A program made the position numbers and the translations under genes. A DNA stretch of 64,000 nucleotides from Nageia nagi (taxonomy: Eukaryota; Plantae; Pinophyta), in NCBI GenBank assembly GCA_050084985.1, contig JBITNC010000001.1:24304001-24368000 (forward strand). Reading direction: 5' to 3'. Positions 53,981-64,000 of the stretch are shown piece after piece. How positions within the stretch are numbered: the first letter of the stretch is position 1; every line of letters begins with the position of its first letter. Below the pieces are notes generated by a model. The model did not search any database. It was not told the DNA's origin and was given only the letters and a program-made list of their open reading frames with translations.

Positions 53981-56943
53981 TTGATTCTACCATCATATTA
54001 GAATAAAGGGTATTATTCACAAAGGGTTTCAAGTTGAAATTGAAGATTTTTGGATACAAACATCACAGTGGTATCACACACGAAAGATTGGATAAGTGAA
54101 GTTGGAGATCTTGCCCTTACTACTAGGTAAGAGAGTAGGAGTTTTTGCTATAGGTGATTTCTAAAGGAGTTGAAGAAGCCAAAGGAGACTCATTGTGATA
54201 TTTTACTATATCATAGTGCTCATAGTGGTATCATAACCTTGATTTTGGTATAGTGCTAGAATCAAGGGCATTATTCACAGAGGGTTTTGAGTTGGAGTTG
54301 AAGAGATGAGATCTTGCCCTTGCTATTGGGAAATAATTGCTAAGAAGTTGGAGATATAACTATCTTACTAGAGAATTGCTACTAAAGAAATTTTTTGAAC
54401 GAGTTGAAGTTGCTACTGAAGGAGATTCATAGTGATATTTTTTAGTGGATCACAATGCTCAAAGTGGTAGTTGCTAAGAGATCTTATTTTCCTATTGAAA
54501 AGAGGAAGCCTACATCATAGTGGAATTGATATAACATCATAGTCATCATTTTGAAGAAGTTCCTAATGGATCTATACATTTTAAGTGATTCATTAGACAT
54601 CTGGGAGCTTAATCTCACCCTTTTGGCAAGTCATTAGGTATTTCCCAACCCTAATTTCAAATTCTAAGGTATTGAGGAGGTTCATCCATGTTAAAAAGGT
54701 ACACTTTTGAAAATTTTGGAGTTTAAATTTCAAGTTTGAATTTCATTCTTAGTAAATTTGAGTTTGAAGGAGGAATAAGGATTTCTATGGAAAATCTAAG
54801 CTCATTTGGAGCTAGACATTGGCATTCTAAGCCAACCTAAAGCTTAATGCTGGTATTTTAGGAGCTGCTTTGAGGCTCATTTAGAGTTTTGAGGCCCTTA
54901 TAAGGGTAATGTTGTATTTTTGAGGAAATTCCTATGTCTTGAGCTACATTTTGAGACCACTTGAAGCCATACATTACATTTTTATGGATAGTTTTGCATT
55001 TTGAGGCTAACCTAAGCAGGACATTAGCATACCTAGGGTATTTTTAGCTCCATTTTATATTTTAAGCTCTTTGAAAGTAAAACATTGGTATCTTGGAGGA
55101 ATCTTGAGATATATTCTACTTTTTGATACCATATAAGGCTATATATTGACATACTAAAGAAATTATGGAGGTTCGTTCTACATTTTGATTCCATTTGAAG
55201 GTAAATGTTGGCATATTAAGAGAGTTTTTAAGGTCTATATTGCATTTCAAGACCATTCTAGGTTAAATGTTGGCACACTAAGGGTATTTTTGGTTTCAAA
55301 GCTATCCAGAGGTGAACGTAGCAACTAAGGCTTGTTTTGAAGATAATTTAGCATTCTAAGTTTATTCCAAGAAAAATGTTAGAGGTTTGAAGGAGTTTTC
55401 ATTTTCCTTGCTACAGATCGAAGTCATTGGAGGCTAGAAGTTGAGTTTTTATAGGGTTTTTGAAGCCTTGGTACTTTTTGAGAGCACTTGTAGTAAGATA
55501 AAGTTTATTGAGGCTAATTATGTGTTGGAATTACATCACAAGTGACATTTCTTGTAAGTATTAACTCATTTTCATCATGGAAGATAAGAATTGATAATTT
55601 TGTAAGGTTACTGGATATACTCACCATTATTTTTTGGCAAATTTGGAACTACAAGCTACTACAAGAAGGATGTTCAAAATAAGAGAGAGTTAATTGTTAT
55701 TATTGACTAAATTTCATAGTGGTATCTACATCATGAAGGCCTTAGAAGGATACATTGGGAGTGTAGAAGGCTCTACTTGCTATGAGCCTATGGAAATTCA
55801 TCCATTAAAGGTGATACGATTGGTATCTTAGCCAAAATTTGAAATTTGGAATTAATTTTGCATTATTCTAGCTTGTGTGTATGAACATTGAGTTTCAAGA
55901 GGATACAACTTAATTTAAAGTTTGCTCTTTGGGCCCATAATGCACAAGTTCAAAATTTATTTAGCTCATTCCACCAAGGTAGGATTGAAATTGTAGGTTT
56001 TAATAGTTTGAGTAATTTACTCTTTTTTTTAGTAGAAGTGAAAAGGAGAAAAAATACTAAAATATTTAATTTTAAAAGTTATAAGGGATTTTTATTTTAA
56101 TTTGACAAGCAAATTAAAATTAGGAGTGATAAGGTGTTTGAATTATATACTTTGCTATGCACTAAATTTGTATTTTTGAGAGAATTTTTGCCAAAATGAT
56201 GGATTGGAACTTAACCCAATCATATTTCAATCTGGATGATGATCATGGGTGCACTTATACTGTTGATTATCGTACATCCCATATGATGAGAATTAAAAGT
56301 GTCAAAGTGCCTCTTCACCGATTCATTCACCTTGTATAGTGAAGACTTGAACTACCAATTGAGATAGAAGAAGAGTTATTAATGGAATACAACACATGAT
56401 TAGAATTATTCAAAGAATCAATACCATTTTATCAGTTTTTGAAATGGAATAGAAATGAAATATTACTCAAGAAAAGTGTTGATGAGATTCATATTAATGA
56501 ATATACATCTAGTTAAGAAAATGATGCTACCAATGATAAATATGAAGGATACTCATAATCTCTTTGTGTTCTTTTTGAGGACCCAAAGAAGATTCAAGAT
56601 AATGATCACCAAAATGAGAGAGAGGATAAATTTGTTAGTCATTATGGAAATACAAAGAATTATAAAGATAGAATCCCCTCACAGAAGAAACATTTACCTT
56701 ATATGGGATCATGGAACACTCATAAGGATACATTCCTAAGGTATGATGGTAATTCTAAAATTAATAACAATAACATTTTAAATACATAGAATGACAAAGA
56801 ACACCAACCAATTCACATGATCACACACTTGGGAAATAATGAAATACCATTTATAGATGAATTCAAAGAGCTCTGGAGAACTTTCTTTTCAGAAGCAGGA
56901 GGAAGAGGAAGGCGTTTGTGCCAAAATTGCAGCTGCAGAGTTC

Positions 56944-58504
56944 ATGGACAGAGACATGGCTTCAGGCCCGGGGGGTCTCCCTGATCCCCCGAACTCAGCT
57001 GATCACCCCACTCCCAACAAAACCCAGGTAGCTAGCAATGATGGTGGGGCTGCAGTCAGTCAACGTCCAAAACCCTCTTTTAGGGATGCACTTCGAAACA
57101 AGAATCCTCCCACCCAGCGCTCCTCTATTTCTAAACCATTCTATAACTGCATCCGCCAAGCCCCTCACGACCCTAACAGGAATGAAAATGGCTGCTTAAA
57201 GGCGGCAGACGGTACACCGCGGGTGGAAATCAGGAGCTCACGAGTTAGTAGTGGCCTTCAAATGCTGGCGAAACAGGGTCTCATCTGTCGTTTTCTCGGT
57301 GCTCGTATTCCTCCCAACGCCATTGAAGCCTGGGTCGACAGAACTTGGAACACTAAGGGTAGTGTTACAGTGAGCCACTACTCTCACGGTTATTTCTTAG
57401 CCACATTTGCCACAGAGGAGGATAGAGATTCTATTTTTCAAGGCAGACCCTGGTTCCATGGACGAGCTGGATTATTTATGAAGCCATGGCACCCAGGATT
57501 CAAACCTTGCGAAGAAACCCCTTCTGTTGCACCTGTCTGGGTGAGGTTGCCTGACTTCCCTCCAGAGTTCTGGTATGAAGAAGTATTTGCCCAAATTGGA
57601 GACACCATTGGGAGTACCTCTTAACCTCGGATCGCACCTTGGAATGTAAGTCCACTTCCTACGCCCGCGTTTGTATCCAACTTGATCTCCAATCCCCATT
57701 GCCAGCCCAGGTTTCTGTTGTCTTCCCAGATGAAGATTTAGTGCTGGATCAAATAGTAGATTATGAAAACATTCCGTTTAGATGCAGAGTTTGTGCAGCC
57801 TATGGACACCTCGCCGGTAGCTGCCCCCATACCATTCCGCCACAGCCCACTCCTGCAACAACAACAGAAGGCTTCCAGCAACCCAAACGTCGATCAACCT
57901 AAGGTAAGAGCCCTGTTCATACACCTAACTCAGCTCCCTCTCAGTGCACATTTACACATCTCTCTCACCCCTCAAGTTCCCATCCCCAAGTTCAAGATGC
58001 TAATCCTTTTAGATGCCTTCAAAATGATGAGAATCTTGAGCCCTTGAACCCACCAGTCATTCCTGAAGAGCCCTCTAGTCTTAATCCGGATAATCTTACA
58101 CATCCCAGCTCCCCAATCACCAACCCTTTATTCTCCCCAGCTACCGTTTCTTCTCTGTCAACCGAAACAAAAACCAATCCAGTAACCTCCACTCCTCTGC
58201 AGGAGATAGACCATAATATGGAAGAAGCCCAACAAACTGACCCTAATTTCGGAAACCATCTCAGTACTAAGATGCCAATAGATAACCTTCAATCCAACAC
58301 ATGCTTGCTTAACAAATTAGTCCCTCCTCTGAAGCAAACACCCAATAGTCTAAAAGCCCTAACTCTGGTATCCAAAAACGGAAAGGGAGAAAGTCAGCTC
58401 AAGCTTCTATCCAGCATCTATCTCAAGAGGACATCGAGGAGGGCTCCCAGTTCCAAATTGATACTCTACTAGAAGCTAAACGGCTTCAATCAGTTCCTCA
58501 ATGA
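56944..58504 (+). pseudogene. LINE ORF1 (DUF4283/RRM-like + CX2CX4HX4C zinc knuckle), disrupted
   Basis: GLICRFLG...PWHPGF...PVWVRLPDFPPEFW; CRVCAAYGHLAGSC; 1-bp deletion in the G-run 57610-57612, in-frame TAA 57900-57902, probable further frameshift at ~58310-58350; likely natural stop TGA 58502-58504. Confidence 0.9.
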
Positions 58505-61500
58505 AGATAATCACATGGAATACACGGGGCCTCCATTCCCCCAACATAATTGGAATGGCCAAACTCCTAGTACAGAAGGAACGACCTGCCATCCTCTTGA
58601 CTCAAGAGTCGAAAACAGCTGATAAAGATCTAAGTAGGATCATAAATAAATTTTGGCCCCAATGCGAAATCCTTTCCAGTCAAGCTTCTGGGCAATCAGG
58701 CGGCATGCTCATTCTATGGAACAGCACCCAAGTAGATTGTAAGCCATTACTGATCAACCGTCACTGGATGGCTGCCATTGTAAGGTGTCTTGCAACCGGT
58801 CTACTGTTTGGCATAGTCAATGTCTATGGTCCTCAACATACTGATCAGAAAAGAGATCTTTGGAAACAAATCGATTCCTGGATGGCCTCACATTCTGACA
58901 CTCCATGGATTTTAGGAGGGGATTTCAACGCTATCAGGAATCTATCTGAAAAACAAGGAGGTACTATGCAACTGGACCCCAGCATAGATGATTTCAATTC
59001 TTTCATAAATGATCAGCAGTTATATGAGCCTCCAAGCACCAATGGTCTCTACACCTGGACCAACAAAAGGAAAGATAACAAAGCAATTTTTGAAAAGCTT
59101 GATCGGTTTTTAGTCACAATGTCTTGGCTAGAACAAGAACATATTTTGCAAACAGAAGTCCTCCCTTATGGAGGCTCAGATCATTGGCCAGTGGCTTTAA
59201 CCTGGGAGACTTTCTCCAATCCAAAGGCTCCTCCTTTTCGCTTCCAGAAGATGTGGTTCAATCACCCTTCCTTTGATGATCTTGTTGAACAATGGTGGCT
59301 GGAGGAAAGTCATGTGTATGGTACAGCAATGTTCACCTTTTCCACTAAGTTGCAAAGGCTCAAAACTAAATTGAAACTGTGGAACAAATCCTCCTTTGGA
59401 GAGGTAACAACGACTATTGCAAATCTGGAAGAGGAACTCCAACACACCCAGCTTCGAATGATACATCAGCAGGACTCCCAGGTTGTAGATCAGGAACGCC
59501 AACTACTCCAACGTCTTCAACAAGCCTACCTTAATGAGGAAACTCTTTGGAAACAGAAATCTAGAATCCAATGGCTTAAGGAAGGAGACAAAAACACACG
59601 TTACTTCCACCTCTCCACCATGGCTCATCGTTCTAACAATAGAATATCAACCCTAGTAAGTTCAGCAGGTCTTACAATCTCCAATCCTGATGAATTGGAT
59701 AAACACATTGTGTCCTACTTTCATTCCCATCTTAATGAAACTAGTGAACACAGACATGAAGCCCAAGAGCAACTCCTCCATCTCATTCCCAAGTTGATCT
59801 CTGAGGAGCAAAATAGTATTCTTGTGAAGCCTATCAGTGAGGAGGAAGTGAAAAAGGCTCTTTTTCATTTAAAACCTTTTGGAGCACCGGGCCCAGATGG
59901 TTTCCCTCCTGGGTTTTTCCAACATTTTTGGTCCCTCCTCAAAGAGGAATTGGTGGCAACAGTGAGAGAATCATTCACTTCTAGGAAAATGCTTCAGAGA
60001 CTCAACCATACCTTCCTAGCTCTCATCCCTAAGACCAAAGATGCCAAGTCTATATCAGCCTTTCGACCAATCTCATTATGCAACTCAATTTACAAGTTAA
60101 TATCCAAGGTTGCAGCCAACCGTCTCAACACAGTTCTTCCCTCTATCATTTCATAGGAACAAAAAGCTTTTGTCAAAGGTCGCCAAATCCTTGATGGAGT
60201 CGTCCTTATCCATGAGCTCATTCATTCAGTTAATAGGCACCAAAGTAAAGGACTGCTTCTCAAGTTGGACATGACAAAGGCTTTCGATCAAGTAAATTGG
60301 GACTTCCTATTCCAGATAATGAGGAAGTTTGGCTTTCAAGAGCATTGGCTTCAGTGGATTCTCTCATTGATCAAAGCACCCCACTTTTCTGTCCTAGTTA
60401 ATGGAGAATCAAGAGGTTACTTCAGTAGCTCAAGGGGCCTTCGCCAAGGTGACCCCTTGTCACCCTACCTATTCATCATTCTTGCTGAAGTCATTGGGAG
60501 AGGAATGAAACAGTTACAGTTGGCTGGCAAAATACATGGTCTGCACATATCTGGCAATGCCCCTCCAGTCACTCATTCTCAGTTCGCTGATGACACTCTC
60601 CTGGCAATCTCCCCCCTGAAATGTGAACTCAAGCACCTCCTAAATTTCCTCCAAGTATATGAGCAAGCCTCAGGCCAAGCAATCAACAGACAAAAATCAA
60701 AAATATATGGTCTTAACATCTCAGAACAGTTCCTCTCCCAGATCAGCGAGTGGTCTGGTATGACCAAGGAAAACCTCCCAAGCACCTACTTAGGTATTCC
60801 TTTAGTTCAAGGGGGAAAGTTTGGGCCCTTTTGGGACTCTCTCATAGACAAAATGCAAAATAAAATGAACACTTGGAAGGCCAGGTGGTTATCCATAGCA
60901 GGACGTCTCACTAAAATCAAAGCTATCTTAGGAGCAATCCCTGTTTATTGGTTCGCCATTTTCTGGTTTCCCCAAAAGATCATTGTTAGAATGGAGACTC
61001 TAATACGCAACTTCCTTTGGCACGGTGTATCAGAGATCAGGAAAATCCATCTGGTTGCTTGGGACACAATATGTCGTCCAAAACAAGAGGGAGGACTGGG
61101 CATCAGAAGACTTCATCATATGAATCTTGCTCTTCTAGGCAAATTCTCCTGGAGGATTTATACTAATCATTCCTGTTGCTGGAGCCAAGCAATACGCGGC
61201 AAATACCTTGATAGCCTTGAACCGGAGAGACTCTTCACTGCTGCGGATACACCGTGGGGCTCCCCCATTTGGAATGGTATACGCAAAGCTCGTCTCTTTG
61301 TATTGAAACACCTACGGTGGAAGATCGGCTCAGGATCAAAGGTAGATTTTTGGGATGATGCTTGGTTACTCACAATTCCCTTAGCTTCCGTACCACTATT
61401 TCAGCCACTTCAGTATCATCTGCGACAAGAATGGGGTGATAAAGTCATCAATTATTGGTCATGGGCTACCGATTCGGGTAGAAGAGTGAAACAATGGAAT

Positions 61501-62307
61501 ATCTCTCACACAATTCCCCCTCACTTAACACAGGAATATAACATTCTTCTGTCTATGCTCGCGAGACACAACCTACAAGGCGATGACCTAAGCGACAACC
61601 TGATCAGCTCCCTCACTCTATCGGGTAGCTACTCTGTTAGTTCAGCTTATAGTACTCTTGCTCAGGATCATCCTTCGAACTTCCCCCCTCAAGTCTGGCA
61701 ACGGATATGGAAATCCAATGCCTGGCCAAAAGCTAAATTTTTCCTTTGGCTTGCTGTTCACAATAAGTTTTTATCCTGGGAACAACTTCTGAAGCGAGGA
61801 TGGACAGGACCGAGTCGATGCATACTTTGTGGCAATGAGGAGGAGACAGGGCACCACCTGCTAGTCACATGCTCATTCTCTAGTCAATTATGGCAGCTTC
61901 TTTCCGCCCACCTAGGCATCCACTGGTCTCCTCCTCTGTCTATCGGGTCCTTGATTCAGAACTGGCGTACTAAAAACAAATGTAAAGCATATAAAATCCT
62001 CTGGTACTCTGCTCCAGCAATGTTGACATGGACACTGTGGCTTGAGAGAAATAATCGTACTTTCAACAATCAATTTACTTCAATGGACAGACTATGGAAG
62101 AAACTAGATCAACAACTCATGCTCATATTGGATTCTGCTATCTCAATTCAGTCCCTGCCCACTGCTGACCTATCCGAGCTCTCTTCGTGGCACACTATTT
62201 TGCAGATATGGCAATCCTCCCAGAAAATTGATCCACCATGCAGATACTCAGACATCGATCTTCAGCAGGTAAGGTTGCTCACCTACCTAAACGCCAAGCT
62301 CCAATAG
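58501..62307 (+). pseudogene. LINE ORF2 (APE endonuclease - RT - zf-RVT), 1269 codons with one premature TAG
   Basis: MKIITWNTRGL, GGDFN, LDRFL, SDHWP; LRQGDPLSPYLF, QFADDT; CILCGNEEETGHHLLVTC; ORFs 58501-60156 and 60265-62307 are in the same frame, joined via IIS*EQKAFVKGRQILDG. Confidence 0.97.
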
Positions 62308-62459
62308 ACAGAGAGGACATTTCTCCTATGCCTAAACACCCACGGCTCACCTAGCATAGTCAGCATAGTCCGAGCTCCGTTTTGTCGTCCATCTCCGACT
62401 CCAAGTTTTCAGTTTTTCTCTTGCTTTCTACATGGAACGCATTGTAATGAAAAGCCAGA

Positions 62460-62700
62460 TTAACTTCAGACGAGTTCCAGAAACAAACGTCAGATGAGCT
62501 CCAGAAAGGGCCTAGCACCAGAAAGCGTTTAGCTCCAGAAAGCGTCTAGCACCAGAAAGTCTAGCACCAGGAAGTCTAGCACCAGAAACGAGCTCCAGAA
62601 GTGAGCTCCAGAGGCGAGCTCTAGAAGTGAGCTCTAGAAGTGAGATTCACAGACGAGCTCCAGAAACGAGCTCCAGAGACGAGCTCCAGAGACAAGCTTA
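62460..62700 (+). repeat. LINE 3'UTR 13-15-bp tandem repeats ((C/T)GAGCTC(C/T)AGA / CTAGCACCAGAAA)
   Basis: About 16 imperfect units visible directly. Confidence 0.9.
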
Positions 62701-63496
62701 CTGTATATGCTCCAGGGGGGGCCCTATCAGCTACCTTAGTGTCCATACTGGTAGTCATAGTAATCTTAGAGGTTTGATTCAGTGTTTTGTACAGCATGTC
62801 TAACTGTGCTCACTGTAGCTCCCATAAGCTTGACATGTCTTTCAGATCCCATTATGTAACTTTGTCGAACTAGTCAATCAATAGAATTTATTTACTTACC
62901 AAAAAAAAAAAAAGAGCTCTGGATGGCATATTTGTAGACTATTTACACAAAATATTACTTCATTAAAATGAGTTCATACCTTCCCATGCTTAGTTTTGAT
63001 GATCACAAAGGTTTTGGATAGCTAGAAAGTGATTCATGGGAAATCCTACCAGGATACAACTCATATTATGGTACACTTATTACCATTATTCACACTACAT
63101 GAGGCCTATGCAAAGCATTTGGAAACATAGAAAACATTCAATACATGGTCAAATTGTGTGGAGAAGTATTAACATCAACCTGGAGAAATTATTTTACTAT
63201 TGATTATGCATGTTTTCAACTGAGAGATGTTGCATACATAATTTGGAGACAATTTTAGAAGACATCTATGGTGCAACATGGTTACTTCATGATATTTTTG
63301 GACATCCTTACATGTCATCAGGGAATTGGAATTGTATTGATGTCATTATTTGCACACATATATGTCTTTAACATTGGAATAGCACCATGGAAGTAAGAAG
63401 AATTTTTGTTGAAACTAAAATGGAATGTTATACTTGATTTCAAATTGAGGAATTTTTTGAATTACTTGGGGATAAGCAATTTGGGGAGGGTGGATT

Positions 63497-64000
63497 TGTA
63501 ATGCCCCCAATTGTTAGGTGTTTTTTCCATTTCATCTCTGATAAATGGGAACATTGGTTTAAGTGTGATTTTGTATAATTTGGTAGAAATCAACCAAAAA
63601 GATGTAAATTACACTTAGAGACTTAGAAAAGCTCTAATTATAGAATAAATGGCCTTTTATTTATTTTAATAAATGCCAATAATAATGTATTTGTAATACC
63701 AAGGTGATTATATTTGTAAATGCAATATTAGTCATCTTAAAAGAGGCATTGCATGTTTTAACCTTGATGAATGTAATATTGGCATTTAATGTATCTCTAG
63801 TCATTAGTGCTCCTCTTCGAGGTAGAGCATCCCCCTATGTGATTGCATTGACTACAAGATCATTTGGAGCTCCAAGGTTGGATGTGGCTCTTTGAATTAG
63901 GCTTTGGAAATATCGAGGCAAGTGGATGGGTCCCTATCATGGACGTTAGGCATATGAGAATCCCAAGATCCCATTTCGGCCCTCCTTGGAACTTGGATCT
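63497..64000 (+). mobile_element. 3' LTR of the outer family-A element (runs off window)
   Basis: TGTAATGCCCCC after the PPT; collinear with 20755-21260. Confidence 0.9.

Larger units (their letters stand above)
56878..62910 (+). mobile_element. Full-length-like young L1-clade LINE
   Basis: 13-bp TSD AAAGAGCTCTGGA (56865-56877, 62911-62923); poly(A) 62901-62913; ORF1 + ORF2; CpG retained. Confidence 0.97.
56196..63490 (+). pseudogene. Decayed internal ORF of the outer family-A element, interrupted by the LINE
   Basis: MMDWNLTQSYF...EIEEELLMEYNT*LELFKESIPFYQFL; IDEFKELW|MAYL reads through the empty LINE site; ends FFELLGDKQFGEGG at the PPT. Confidence 0.5.
20755..64000 (+). mobile_element. 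Non-autonomous LTR retrotransposon, family A (outer element; 5' LTR 20755-53966 split by nested block, internal region 53967-63496, 3' LTR from 63497)
   Basis: TGTAAT at 20755 and 63497 with collinear LTR sequence; the LTR resumes at 53890 and ends CTCATCATA; PBS at 53968; PPT GGGGAGGG at 63483; no RT/IN in the internal region. Confidence 0.85.

Noticed and set aside
56857-56943. ORF-track start of LINE ORF1 at 56857
   Set aside because: That ATG lies in host sequence upstream of the TSD; the first ATG inside the element is 56944. It is also not in frame with the host ORF, so there is no fusion gene
57472-61373. Antisense ORFs within the LINE (57472, 59197, 59662, 60579, 61167)
   Set aside because: Shadow frames of a GC-richer coding strand; no motifs

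Overview
Eukaryotic, AT-rich, strongly CG/CHG-depleted heterochromatin-like plant DNA (large-genome land plant; gymnosperm-like by TE content, which is an inference). I find no intact host gene, RNA gene or CRISPR. The window is a nested transposon pile that can be largely reconstructed from target-site duplications (TSDs). (1) The 3' end and LTR of a chromovirus (Ty3/gypsy) lie next to a decayed copia (1-3560). (2) A decayed Tat-like remnant is followed by a convergent pair of a spliced PMD-like pseudogene (+) and a hAT transposase pseudogene (-), with a solo LTR and an 11-unit palindromic array in introns (9.8-18.5 kb). (3) A non-autonomous LTR element ('family A', + strand, 20755 to beyond 64000) has its 5' LTR split by a 31.7-kb inverted block (22142-53889, TSD ATAGT). 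That block holds three more family-A internal regions, an ORF1-only LINE derivative, a copia with a 2.9-kb leader, and a chromovirus (TSD GCTAG) carrying a 4.94-kb solo LTR (TSD CCCCA). (4) A young, near-intact L1-clade LINE spans 56878-62910 with a 13-bp TSD. The best novelty candidates are the family-A single ORF (an unrecognised N-terminal domain fused to the integrase C-terminal GPF motif plus chromodomain, with no RT/RH/IN core), the ORF1-only LINE, the PMD-like/hAT pairing and the palindrome array. All alignments were done by eye; coordinates of decayed features are approximate.
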